Shown here: positions 27,988-36,543 of the stretch, one piece after another | How positions within the stretch are numbered: the stretch's first letter is position 1 | Layout of the letters: each line of letters opens with the position of its first letter | From: a virus | Lineage: Duplodnaviria > Caudoviricetes | Length of the DNA: 64,000 bases | IMG/VR virus record: IMGVR_UViG_2639763012_000002 | Coordinates: 29,914 to 93,913 of that record | Direction: 5' to 3' (one strand) | Program-made: the position numbers and the translations under genes | The notes under the pieces: generated by a model | Told to the model about the DNA's origin: nothing | What the model saw: the letters and a program-made list of their open reading frames with translations, nothing else | Database searches by the model: none

Positions 27988-29508
27988 GTGAGCATCGAGG
28001 CGCTGAACTACGCCGTGAGAGTCCGGGTAGGCGACCTGACGGCGAAATTTGTTCTCGGCCGTCTGGCCGACCGCGCTGACGAGCGCTACTCCTGCTACCC
28101 CTCGGTCCCGCTGCTGGCCGCCGAGGCCGAGAAATCACCGCGCGTCATCCAGCGGGCGCTGGCCACGCTCCGCACGTTGGGTCTGGTCTCCGACCGTGTG
28201 ACCATGCGCGCCGACGGCAGCCAAGGGGCGAACAGGTACTACCTGCACGGCCCTTGGGACGACTACGGCGGCACTGGGACGCCGTTCCCGGAGATCGTGA
28301 CGCCCAAGGAGGCGCGGGCCGCGCGGTGGGCTCAGGCGCCAGCTGAGGGCGAGTTCCGGGCTGGTACGGCGGCGGCCGTCGCCGAGGACGGGGACGAGGA
28401 GGCCGCCGCCGAAGTGCGGCGGCGCGTGGCCGAGGCGGCGCAGGCCGGACAGGAACGCCTCGAAGCGCGACGCGAGAAGGCAAGGAAAGCGGCCGCGGCA
28501 GCCCACGCGAAATCGCAGGTCAGCGACATTTCCGCAGGTGGGGATGGGGTGACGTCCACGTCGTCCCCCCCGGTGACGTGCACGTCGCCCCCCGGGGTGA
28601 CGCCCACGTCACCCCTAGAACCATCAGTAGTAACCACCAACGAGGAACCCTCTCCCGTCCGTCCGTCTCGTAACGGTGAGGAGTGTGCGCGTGAGGCCGG
28701 AGACGAAACGGAGGGACGGACGGGCAGCGGCTCCCCCAGGGCAGGCGGTGGCACATCCGGCGCCCGGCCGGGGCCGGGTACCCCGGGTGTGCCGACGACC
28801 GAGGCCGAGGGCGAGGACCAGGGGCAGGACGTGCCGGCGGTGCGCGGCGCCGCAGCCCGGCCAGTGCCGTCCGGCGCACCTGCCGGCCGCCGGTCGCCCG
28901 GTGTCGAGTTGCTGCTCGCGATCGGCCAGGAGCGGCCGGAGTATCTGCTGACCGGCCGGACGCTGTCGGATCAGGGCCTGATGGTCACGGGGATGCTGGA
29001 CGCCGGGTGGTCGCCGGAGTTGGTGCGGCAGATCGTGGCGGGCCGGCCGCTGCCGCCGGCGGGTGAGATCCGGGCGAGCGTGGGGGCGATCGTCGCCGCC
29101 CGGCTGCGGGATGCGGTCAGCTCTGGCCCCCCGCCCCCACCCGGGCAACACCCGTTCGGGGCCGGCTCGTTGAACGGGAATGACCACGGCCACAGCCTCG
29201 ACCACGGCGCCGGCAGTTCGGGCAGGCCCGGCAGTCCCGGGCGGCCCTGGGACACGCCCACGCCGACCGCGCCCACCTACGGCCAGCACCTCACCCGGGT
29301 CATGTCGGAATGCGAGGGCCAGGACGGGGCGTGCGGCCGACCCGTGCGCCCCGGCTACGACCTGTGCACCGGCTGCCTGGACCTGCCCTGGTGCGAGTGC
29401 GGCGCGGCCCGCATCGACCCCGGCCGAGGCGAGGAGCGCTGCCCGGACTGCGGGGCGGCGGCCGAGGCCCTGGGCGCCGCGCTCCACGCTCCGCACACGG
29501 CCCGCTGA
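27988..29508 (+). CDS. Phage/plasmid replication initiator-like protein (N-terminal wHTH)
   Basis: AKFVLGRLADRAD...CYPSV..LA....S.R.IQRAL..L...GL...NRY; C-terminal Cys clusters. Confidence 0.75.
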   Translation: MSIEALNYAVRVRVGDLTAKFVLGRLADRADERYSCYPSVPLLAAEAEKSPRVIQRALATLRTLGLVSDRVTMRADGSQGANRYYLHGPWDDYGGTGTPFPEIVTPKEARAARWAQAPAEGEFRAGTAAAVAEDGDEEAAAEVRRRVAEAAQAGQERLEARREKARKAAAAAHAKSQVSDISAGGDGVTSTSSPPVTCTSPPGVTPTSPLEPSVVTTNEEPSPVRPSRNGEECAREAGDETEGRTGSGSPRAGGGTSGARPGPGTPGVPTTEAEGEDQGQDVPAVRGAAARPVPSGAPAGRRSPGVELLLAIGQERPEYLLTGRTLSDQGLMVTGMLDAGWSPELVRQIVAGRPLPPAGEIRASVGAIVAARLRDAVSSGPPPPPGQHPFGAGSLNGNDHGHSLDHGAGSSGRPGSPGRPWDTPTPTAPTYGQHLTRVMSECEGQDGACGRPVRPGYDLCTGCLDLPWCECGAARIDPGRGEERCPDCGAAAEALGAALHAPHTAR

Positions 29509-29542
29509 ACCACTAACCGCCACCCGATACCGGAGGAGCCCG

Positions 29543-30187
29543 ATGATGGACGACTACGAAACGCCCGACGCTCTCGAAGCGCTGCTCGACGACCTCCGCC
29601 TACCGGCCGGCGTCCACGCTGCCGTGCTGTCCGATACCAGCGCATACGACAACAGCCTCGTCACGCGCTGCGTGGTGTGGAGCGACCGCCCCGACCGCAC
29701 TTGCCCCATGTGCACGCAGCCCATCAATCAGGACCTGAGCGAGTACTGCCCGGTCGTCCTCGACGGCAGCGCGGCCCCCGCCCCCACGGTGCTGGACCGA
29801 GACCAGGAGCACGGCTGCGGGCACTGGCTGGCCGTCTACACCGACGTCGTGCAGGGCACCGGAGATGAGGGCGAGGTCACCGAGGCCGACGTCCTCGAAT
29901 CCGCGCAGGGGGTTGCTGAGGAGCTGCGTGACCACAAGCAGAGGCTCCACGAAGCGGCGATGCGGAGACTGCACGAGGAGCTGACGGACGTGCTGGAGAG
30001 GCTGGCCGCGCCCCTCGCCCCTGGCGAGACCAGGCGGGAGAGGGAGGAGTCGCTGGTCACTGGCAGCGAGATGTATCCCGGCGCCTTCCGCAACGACGGT
30101 GGCCAGTGGGTCGCCTGGGACTACAACCCCAACCTGCCCGGCGAGATCATCGAGGTTACCGCTGACGCGGACCGCCGGGCGGGCTGA
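29543..30187 (+). CDS. Hypothetical protein
   Basis: GGAGGAG RBS; acidic. Confidence 0.65.
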   Translation: MMDDYETPDALEALLDDLRLPAGVHAAVLSDTSAYDNSLVTRCVVWSDRPDRTCPMCTQPINQDLSEYCPVVLDGSAAPAPTVLDRDQEHGCGHWLAVYTDVVQGTGDEGEVTEADVLESAQGVAEELRDHKQRLHEAAMRRLHEELTDVLERLAAPLAPGETRREREESLVTGSEMYPGAFRNDGGQWVAWDYNPNLPGEIIEVTADADRRAG

Positions 30188-30280
30188 CCGGCAGCGCCGC
30201 AGGGGCCCCGCCCCTCGCTGTCAAGGCAGGGCGCGACCCCATTCGGCAGCGTCCGTCGCAAGCTGGCTACCGTGGAGACC

Positions 30281-30595
30281 ATGAGCGACACAACCGACCT
30301 ACCGGCAACTTCCCTGCCTCACGCCCTCACCAAAGGCCAGTTGGTGCGGATGCTCAGCGAAGGCGACTTCAGGGACCTACCTGACGACACCCCCCTCATC
30401 CTCAGCAAGGATGCTGAGGGCAACGGGTACTCGCCGGTATCTGGCGCGACCCTCGCGATGTACGTGGCGGAGACCACATGGTCCGGCGAGACCTACCCGC
30501 CCGACAGCGTCATCGACGCGTCCGACGTCTACGGGGACGAGGATCGCGCCCCCGAGGGAGCCGTGCTGGTGATCGAGTTCTCGCCTGTCAACTGA
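30281..30595 (+). CDS. Hypothetical protein
   Basis: RBS; SKDAEGNGYSP motif. Confidence 0.65.
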   Translation: MSDTTDLPATSLPHALTKGQLVRMLSEGDFRDLPDDTPLILSKDAEGNGYSPVSGATLAMYVAETTWSGETYPPDSVIDASDVYGDEDRAPEGAVLVIEFSPVN

Positions 30596-30604
30596 CCGGG
30601 GCGA

Positions 30605-30946
30605 TCAGAACCCGCCTCCGCCCGCGTCGCCACCTGCCGAGCCGCCGCTGTCGCCACCGCCGCCCCACGATGATGAGTCGCTACCGCTCGACGACGACCA
30701 GCCCGAGGACGACGACGGGGGAACGGACCAGAACGAGGCCCCAGGGTCGGCCACAGGGGCAGCCGCCTGCGTCGACGTGTCCGCGGGCAACGGCGCGGGC
30801 GGGGGCGCTTCGCCCGGCAGGTCGGGTGCCTCGGTGGTGATGATGTCGATTGCGGCCCCGGCGGCCCCCTCGAACCCACTGTGGTTGTGCCGGCCGTGAT
30901 CGCGGCGGTTCGTGCTGCGCCTGCTGCGGCGCTTGAAAATACCCAT
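30605..30946 (-). CDS. Hypothetical protein with Gly/Ser-rich tail
   Basis: ORF track; low-complexity C-terminus. Confidence 0.5.
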   Translation of the reverse strand: MGIFKRRSRRSTNRRDHGRHNHSGFEGAAGAAIDIITTEAPDLPGEAPPPAPLPADTSTQAAAPVADPGASFWSVPPSSSSGWSSSSGSDSSSWGGGGDSGGSAGGDAGGGGF

Positions 30947-31014
30947 GCCTTGAGGGTGCCCGACGGTCAGTCAACTGATGGGCGATTTGAGGGAGTTCAG
31001 AGGGTTCACGCGGC

Positions 31015-31302
31015 TCATCCCTGGCGGGCGAACACCAGGAACAACACCACGACCACGACCACCAGCGCGCACGACACCCACCGATCCAGGCCGGACAGTT
31101 CGTCCGGTTCGGGCTCAGGGGCGTCCTGGTACGGCTCGGACGGTTCCGGCAGCTGAACGTCGATCCGCTCGCCGTCCGGGGCCAGCCCGTGGTGGGCCGC
31201 GGCGCGGTGCTCGGTCTGGTCGTCCTGGGCCTGGCGACGGGTACGGCGGGGCTCGGCGGTGACACCGCACAGGGCGCAGCGGTAGGTGTAGGGGCGGGAC
31301 AC
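31015..31302 (-). CDS. Zinc-finger membrane-anchored protein
   Basis: YRCALC...HR...H; C-terminal TM helix. Confidence 0.6.
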   Translation of the reverse strand: MSRPYTYRCALCGVTAEPRRTRRQAQDDQTEHRAAAHHGLAPDGERIDVQLPEPSEPYQDAPEPEPDELSGLDRWVSCALVVVVVVLFLVFARQG

Positions 31303-31399
31303 GACCGGTGAGCGTAGTGGTCAGTCGGCCGTGCCGCAGCGAGATCATGCGGATTCACCGGCCGCCCCACGCCGGCCGACCGTGCGGGCTATCCTCGTC

Positions 31400-31429
31400 C
31401 TGATCATCAGTCCCTGGAGGGATCATGCC
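31400..31429 (+). repeat. Solitary degenerate type I-B-like CRISPR repeat in the cas8 leader
   Basis: CTGATCATCAGTCCCTGGAGGGATCATGCC resembles recalled actinobacterial I-B repeats (GTCCTCATCA.CCCT.GAGGGATCGCAAC); TCCCT-GG-AGGGA stem; TATCCT -10 box at 31390. Confidence 0.5.
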
Positions 31430-31472
31430 TCGGGCTCCAGCCGGTGCCCGTCGTCCCCCTGGGAGCCCTTTC

Positions 31473-32810
31473 GTGACTACTACCACTGTCCTGTCGCTCA
31501 CTCACCACCCCCTCCAGCGTGCTGGCGCATGGGCTGTCACGCACATCGCGGGCCGGTTCCGGCCCGAGGAGGTGTCAGGGGATGACCTGGAGCTGGTCGT
31601 TGGGCTGATCGTCCGAGACGCGACTCGGGCTGCTGTCGCGCCGAAGGACGATGGCCCGGCTGGCTACGACTGGTGGAAGGTACTCTTCGCGCTCTTCCCG
31701 AACTCCAAGCCGACCCACGCCAAGCGCGGCCGGGACCAGGAGGTGATCCGTAGCAAGGTCGCGGCGCTGTTCGCCCCGGACGGCGTCACCGGCCGGTCGT
31801 GGCCGTGTACGTTCTGCGCCCAGATGACGGGCACGGCGTGGGGGAAGTCGAATCTCCCCCTGTTCGACACGTCCAAGGCGTTGAACAACGTGCCGCCGGG
31901 CGTGCCGGGTTGGCCGATCTGCCGTGGATGCCGGGTCGCGATCTGGACCCTGCCCTACGGGGCGTGGGTGACGGCTGGCTCGGCGACGGTTTTCACCTGC
32001 GAGGACGAGGCAGCCGAGCGCCGGTTCGTCGAGCACAGCGTGGCCCGGTCCCGGCGGATCGTCGACGGCGGGTTCGAGGCGCTGGCGGCGGACGGGGTGG
32101 AGGACGGGCCGTTCGCCCTCGCCCTCCAGCAGCTGCGGGATGTCGGGGGCCGGCAGCACGCCGCCGGCGGGCTGGCCAGTTCCACGTTGTGGCGGTTCAA
32201 GAACGACAACGAGGAGCCCTGGCTGCGGGCGTCCTTCACCCGTCGGGCCGTGCCGCGCTTCCTGGCTCTGGTGCAGGGCAACGCGCCGCTGCGGGAGGCA
32301 TGGGCGCTGCTGGAGGAGGCGTTGGTACAGCGGGACCGGCGCGGCAGGGTCGTGGCCAGCGGTGCGGGAGAGGCGGCGCGGCTGGTGTTCGAGGCCGAGG
32401 ACGGAACGAGCCGGTCGTTGCTGTGGGCGTTGCACGAACTACGAGGCTCTGAGCGCCTGACCTCGGCGCAGCGGCACAACATCGCCCGGCTGGCCGGCGA
32501 GTACGGCCGGCATGTACTGGGGATCGATGATGGCAATCTGGCGCCGGCTGCCGAGGTGTTGGCCACGTGGATCTGGCGTGGCGGTCCCGAGGGGCAGCGG
32601 CAGCAGCGGCGGGCGGAGTACCTGGAGGCCGCGCCCAACCCCTACAAGTTGGGGTTGGTGATGATGCGGGCGAACTCCCGGCTGTTCCTGGCCGGTCTGC
32701 CGGTCAGGGCGACGGTGGAGGACTGGCGTCCGCTGCTCCAGTCTGACGCGCGTGCGTGGGCGCGTCGGCTGCTGTTGGGTGCGGCCGTGGATCGGCAACC
32801 CGTCGGCTGA
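31473..32810 (+). CDS. cas8b: Orphan type I-B Cas8b1/Cst1-like (CXXC-CXXC) protein
   Basis: LTHHPLQRAGAW N-terminus, LFPNS motif, WPCTFC...PLF....LNN.P...ICRGC zinc motifs, about 445 aa; recognised by resemblance to actinobacterial Cas8b1/Cst1. Confidence 0.72.
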   Translation: MTTTTVLSLTHHPLQRAGAWAVTHIAGRFRPEEVSGDDLELVVGLIVRDATRAAVAPKDDGPAGYDWWKVLFALFPNSKPTHAKRGRDQEVIRSKVAALFAPDGVTGRSWPCTFCAQMTGTAWGKSNLPLFDTSKALNNVPPGVPGWPICRGCRVAIWTLPYGAWVTAGSATVFTCEDEAAERRFVEHSVARSRRIVDGGFEALAADGVEDGPFALALQQLRDVGGRQHAAGGLASSTLWRFKNDNEEPWLRASFTRRAVPRFLALVQGNAPLREAWALLEEALVQRDRRGRVVASGAGEAARLVFEAEDGTSRSLLWALHELRGSERLTSAQRHNIARLAGEYGRHVLGIDDGNLAPAAEVLATWIWRGGPEGQRQQRRAEYLEAAPNPYKLGLVMMRANSRLFLAGLPVRATVEDWRPLLQSDARAWARRLLLGAAVDRQPVG

Positions 32811-32847
32811 TCTCGTGGGGTGGTCTGCGTGGCTCCCCCAACCCGCT

Positions 32848-32892
32848 TGTAACGTGCCCCCGTTGACTTTCGTAACGGGGGCACGTTACATT
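32848..32892 (+). promoter_or_regulatory. Promoter TTGACT-18-TACATT covered by a 17-bp inverted repeat operator
   Basis: TGTAACGTGCCCCCGTT...AACGGGGGCACGTTACA. Confidence 0.8.
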
Positions 32893-32929
32893 CGTGGTGT
32901 TGGGCCACCCACTCACCATGGAGGACACC

Positions 32930-33556
32930 ATGACCGACGCCCCCCTCGCCACCGTCACCGTCGCCGACTGGGACGCCGCCGAGGTGTACCTCGCCGAGCA
33001 CACCAGCGACGCCACCTACACCCTCACCGAGCTGACCGCCGCCCACGACGCCGACCTCCACGAGATCCGCCTCGACCCCGAAACCCGCACCATCTGGTGG
33101 GCCTACGACAACGGCCCCGTCCGCGGCAAGGGCTGGACCGTCGACCACCTCACCCCGGCGGCCGCCGCCGAACAGGCCGAGCCCATCATCGACACGACCC
33201 AGGACCGCATGGGCGACCCCGAGGGGTACGCCGGGCAGATCCACCGCCTCGACGACGACCAGGCGCTCCTCGACGAGTACACCGAGATCCTGCGCCTGAC
33301 CCTCCCTGCCGACCCGCAGGCCGCCCGCGCCGAGATCCGCACCCGCCGTGCTCTCGCCGACGCCTTGTGGCAGCGCGCCGACGCCGAGCTGGTCCGCAGC
33401 CTCGCCGGCAGCGACCGGGGCGGCAAGGCCGCCGCCGCACGGACCCTGGGCATCACCCGGATGCAGGTCACCCGTCTCATCAGCGACGACGACAGGCGGC
33501 GGGACGCCCTCACCCAGGCCGTGCGGGAGGCGGAAGCCGACTACCCCGACCGCTGA
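32930..33556 (+). CDS. Acidic N-domain plus C-terminal HTH protein (Acr-Aca fusion-like)
   Basis: GGAGG RBS; GGKAAAARTLGITRMQVTRL HTH. Confidence 0.75.
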   Translation: MTDAPLATVTVADWDAAEVYLAEHTSDATYTLTELTAAHDADLHEIRLDPETRTIWWAYDNGPVRGKGWTVDHLTPAAAAEQAEPIIDTTQDRMGDPEGYAGQIHRLDDDQALLDEYTEILRLTLPADPQAARAEIRTRRALADALWQRADAELVRSLAGSDRGGKAAAARTLGITRMQVTRLISDDDRRRDALTQAVREAEADYPDR

Positions 33557-33585
33557 TCGACCCAGCCGCGCCGCGCTATAGTGCT

Positions 33586-33615
33586 AACCTCATCGCCCCT
33601 ACGAGGGGACCCCTG
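33586..33615 (+). repeat. Solitary type I-B-like CRISPR repeat unit
   Basis: AACCTCATCGCCCCTACGAGGGGACCCCTG; 21 contiguous nt match the recalled Streptomyces-type I-B repeat GTCCTCATCGCCCCTACGAGGGGTCGCAAC; TATAGT -10 box at 33577. Confidence 0.65.
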
Positions 33616-33666
33616 CCAGCCAGCCGTGGCCCATGGTGCGCCACGGCCGACCGACGGACGGCCCTC

Positions 33667-35115
33667 GTGCACTACGGCGACCGCGACGGATACGGCCAGT
33701 ACGGCATCCTGGACGACGACGGCGAGCGGGTGCTGTGCCACGAGTGCGGGCGGCGCTACCGCCAGCTCCCGTACCACATCAATCGGGCGCACGGGATGAC
33801 GGCAGTCGAGTACCGGGCAGCCCACGGCCTGAGCGTGACGCAGCCGTTGGCGTCCGACAGCCTGACGGCGACGCAGCGCGCCAACTCCACCAGGGTCTAC
33901 GCCCAACGCCCCGACATCCGGGCCATGCTCGCCGACGCGCTGAGCCGGGGCTGCTCCGCGGCGGCGTCCCGGGCTGCGCAGGCCGCCGCGCCGGACTCCC
34001 TCGCCCGTGCCGCCGAGCGGCATCGCCGCCGGGTCGCATCTGCTCGCCTGGCGGAGCGCGAGCGGGCCGCGAAGCGGCGCAGGCTCGACGAGGCCGCCCG
34101 GGCTCACGGCTATGCCGATATCGACGCGTGGCTGACGGATCACGCGGATCTCACCGCCAGCCAGATCAGGGAGGTGCTGGGGGTGTCGGGGGCAGCGGCG
34201 CGCGAGTTGCGGCGTGGCGTGGTCAGCGCGCAGCGACCAAGCGCGCTGGCCAAGGAGCGCGCCATAGATAGGGTGATCGATGGCGAACAGCTCAGGGCCG
34301 TGGCCCCAGACGCAGGAGTGGGCCCGGATGCACTGCGGGCGTGGGTAGTCGCCTCCCCCCAGGGCGTGGCAGCAGCCACGGCGGCCGGCTACGCGGACGC
34401 GGGCACATGGCTCACTGAACGCTCCCGTGTGAACGCCGATATGCGCCGGGCTGCTGTAGATGTCGTCAGCGGCGGAGAGTCCAAAGCGGCGGTGGCTCGA
34501 CGGCTCGGCGTCAGCGATGTGGCTGTGGGGAAGTGGGTTCGGGCTGCGGGCCACCGTCAACGCCTGGAGCCGGGGATCGACACAACGCCCCAATCCACTC
34601 CTCCAGCGTCGACTCGGGAGGTCGAGCGGCAGCGCGCGTACGACGAGATCCGCCGCCTGTGGCTCACCGGCATGACGCTCCAGCAGATCGGGCTGCAGGT
34701 CGACCGATCCCCGTCTAGCGTGTCCCACGCCGCGCGCCGCCTCGGCCTGCCCCCGCGCCTCACACGGGCATCGGACGAGTCGATCCAGCGGGTGCGCGAG
34801 CTGTGGCCTGACAGGTCGCTCACCACGGACGAGATCGCGCGCCAGGTGGGCGTCTCGCGTGCGTCGGTCTCCTACATCGCCCACCAACTGGGGCTGCCCC
34901 GCCGTCGCGCAAAAGAGCGACTGCGCGGTGAGCAGCTACGGACGGCCCGCGCCCGGCTGCCCGAGCTATGGATGGACGAGTCCCTGAGTCTGCCGGCCAT
35001 CGCTCAGCGGCTCGGGGTCGGCAGCTCACCGACCCTGTCCAGGTGGGCGCGCGAGATGGGCCTCCCGCCAAGGAGTCGGGGGCGGAAACGGCCGCACCCC
35101 AAGAGTGATCGCTGA
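33667..35115 (+). CDS. ROS/MucR-type zinc finger plus multiple tandem HTH protein
   Basis: VLCHECGRRYRQLPYHINRAHGMTAVEYRAAHGL followed by about 5-6 HTH units (e.g. KAAVARRLGVS, LQQIGLQVDRS, DEIARQVGVS, PAIAQRLGVG). Confidence 0.75.
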   Translation: MHYGDRDGYGQYGILDDDGERVLCHECGRRYRQLPYHINRAHGMTAVEYRAAHGLSVTQPLASDSLTATQRANSTRVYAQRPDIRAMLADALSRGCSAAASRAAQAAAPDSLARAAERHRRRVASARLAERERAAKRRRLDEAARAHGYADIDAWLTDHADLTASQIREVLGVSGAAARELRRGVVSAQRPSALAKERAIDRVIDGEQLRAVAPDAGVGPDALRAWVVASPQGVAAATAAGYADAGTWLTERSRVNADMRRAAVDVVSGGESKAAVARRLGVSDVAVGKWVRAAGHRQRLEPGIDTTPQSTPPASTREVERQRAYDEIRRLWLTGMTLQQIGLQVDRSPSSVSHAARRLGLPPRLTRASDESIQRVRELWPDRSLTTDEIARQVGVSRASVSYIAHQLGLPRRRAKERLRGEQLRTARARLPELWMDESLSLPAIAQRLGVGSSPTLSRWAREMGLPPRSRGRKRPHPKSDR

Positions 35116-35702
35116 CAGACGACGTCGCACTCGTCGACCTCCTGGTCCACTGGATCGAGCAGCCGGAGGACCAGCGGGAGCGGGTGACGCGGATGTCGGA
35201 GCTCGTGGGCGCCCTCCCCACCCGCAGCGCCTCGGAGCGGCTCCTGCGGCGCGTGCGCGACGAGGCGCCCGCTGACGCCGTGGCAGCCTGTGCGGAGGAG
35301 ACGCGCGAGCGGGCGGCCCGCAGGGCGCGGGGGGAGAGGAATCCTCCCGTGCCCGGTCGGGGCCGTCGGGCCGCGGTCGCCCGTGTCATCAGGCAGACCG
35401 ACCGCAACATCCGGAACCTCTACGAGGCGCAGCTGGCCGCCCGGGCGGAGGCGCGCGAGCCGCGCCGCCTCCGTCCGCCGGATGACGCCTACGCGATGCT
35501 GCCCGACGCCCAGGCCGCGGTGGACGAGGTCAGGCGAGCCCGGGACGCCTACTACGCGGCCATCGCCGACGCCCTGCCGCCCCACACCGCGGGGACCCGG
35601 CCCAGCGGGGCCGACGCTGCCCGCTTCGCCGAGGTGCGGTCGGTCACCGGCCTTGATCCCGCGCACCTACGACGCATCCAGCGCACCGTCCACGCCCGTT
35701 GA
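35112..35702 (+). CDS. Hypothetical helical protein (start uncertain: CTG 35112 or GTG 35184)
   Basis: Frame open from the CTGA overlap with the upstream stop; possible C-terminal HTH (VRSVTGLDPAHLRRI). Confidence 0.55.
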   Translation: MTDDVALVDLLVHWIEQPEDQRERVTRMSELVGALPTRSASERLLRRVRDEAPADAVAACAEETRERAARRARGERNPPVPGRGRRAAVARVIRQTDRNIRNLYEAQLAARAEAREPRRLRPPDDAYAMLPDAQAAVDEVRRARDAYYAAIADALPPHTAGTRPSGADAARFAEVRSVTGLDPAHLRRIQRTVHAR

Positions 35703-35777
35703 ATCACACAGAGTGGGTAGCACGGCGGCAGCCCGGCCGTTATCGTGTGGGGCACGCCCGCTGAGCGGGTTGAGACC

Positions 35778-35908
35778 CTTTTCCCCGCATGAGCGGGGGT
35801 GAGCCCACGTACAGCTACTCGCATACGTGTAGCCCCTCGTGGTCCCCGCGCCAGCGGGGGTAACCCAGCTGCGGTCTCTTGTGTCCCCGCGCAAGCGGGG
35901 GTGACCCT
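35778..35908 (+). CRISPR. Degenerate type I-E mini-array, 3 repeats (29 bp), spacers 32 and 12 bp
   Basis: R1 35778-35806 CTTTTCCCCGCATGAGCGGGGGTGAGCCC; R2 35839-35867 GTGGTCCCCGCGCCAGCGGGGGTAACCCA; R3 35880-35908 TGTGTCCCCGCGCAAGCGGGGGTGACCCT. Confidence 0.88.
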
Positions 35909-35922
35909 ATTCTCGCCTCCCT

Positions 35923-36543
35923 GTGATTGCCGTGTATCGAGTCCTGTACGACCTGCCGTCCCTGGGGTACCTGCGTCCGTCCGAGGTGTGGCGGGGCATC
36001 ACCTCCCGCGTGCCGACGGAGCACACGGAAGCGTCTGAGGGCCCGCGACTGCTCTGGCGTCTGGAATCCCCCACAGAACTCCTGGTCCAGTACCCTGTGC
36101 GCCCGGACCCCACATGGCTGCTACCGGGCGCGCGCAGCCGTCCCAAGGCGTTCGCCATGCAGCAGCTCATGGATTCGCTGGCCGCCGGCCAGCGGTGGGA
36201 CTTCGTGTTGGCCGCCAACACGGTCCGCCGATCAACCGGACGAGCACGTGCCCGGCAGGCGCAGGCCCAACGGGTGTCGGCACGAGAGTGGCTCACAGGT
36301 GAGACGGATGTGGATGCTGACAGCGGCACGTCCCGCGCGTACCAGTCCGGATTCCGGGTGCTGGCAATCGCCGAGACCACTCAGCGCCGCGGCGGCCCGC
36401 GCCAGGCGCACTTGGTGCGCATCACAGGTCGCCTGGAGGTTGAGGACACCGAGGCGCTGCAAGCCGCCCTTGAGGAAGGCATTGGCCGAGGGAAGGCCCA
36501 GGGGGCCGGGATGCTATCCCTCTCCCCGCTACCGCGGGGTTGA
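35923..36543 (+). CDS. cas6e: Orphan type I-E Cas6e (Cse3/CasE)-like protein
   Basis: LLWRLE...LLVQ...PDPTWL, GQRWDFVLAANTVR, GRLEVED..AL..AL.EGIGRGKAQGAGML G-rich loop. Confidence 0.9.
   Translation: MIAVYRVLYDLPSLGYLRPSEVWRGITSRVPTEHTEASEGPRLLWRLESPTELLVQYPVRPDPTWLLPGARSRPKAFAMQQLMDSLAAGQRWDFVLAANTVRRSTGRARARQAQAQRVSAREWLTGETDVDADSGTSRAYQSGFRVLAIAETTQRRGGPRQAHLVRITGRLEVEDTEALQAALEEGIGRGKAQGAGMLSLSPLPRG

Noticed and set aside
28352-28365. Self-targeting match to the start of the 33-bp spacer
   Set aside because: Only about 12 of 13 nt in high-GC DNA with no I-E PAM; expected by chance.
35751-35778. Additional I-E repeat (CCCGCTGAGCGGG hairpin) before R1
   Set aside because: Stem is shortened and abuts R1 with no spacer; may be a remnant but cannot be supported.
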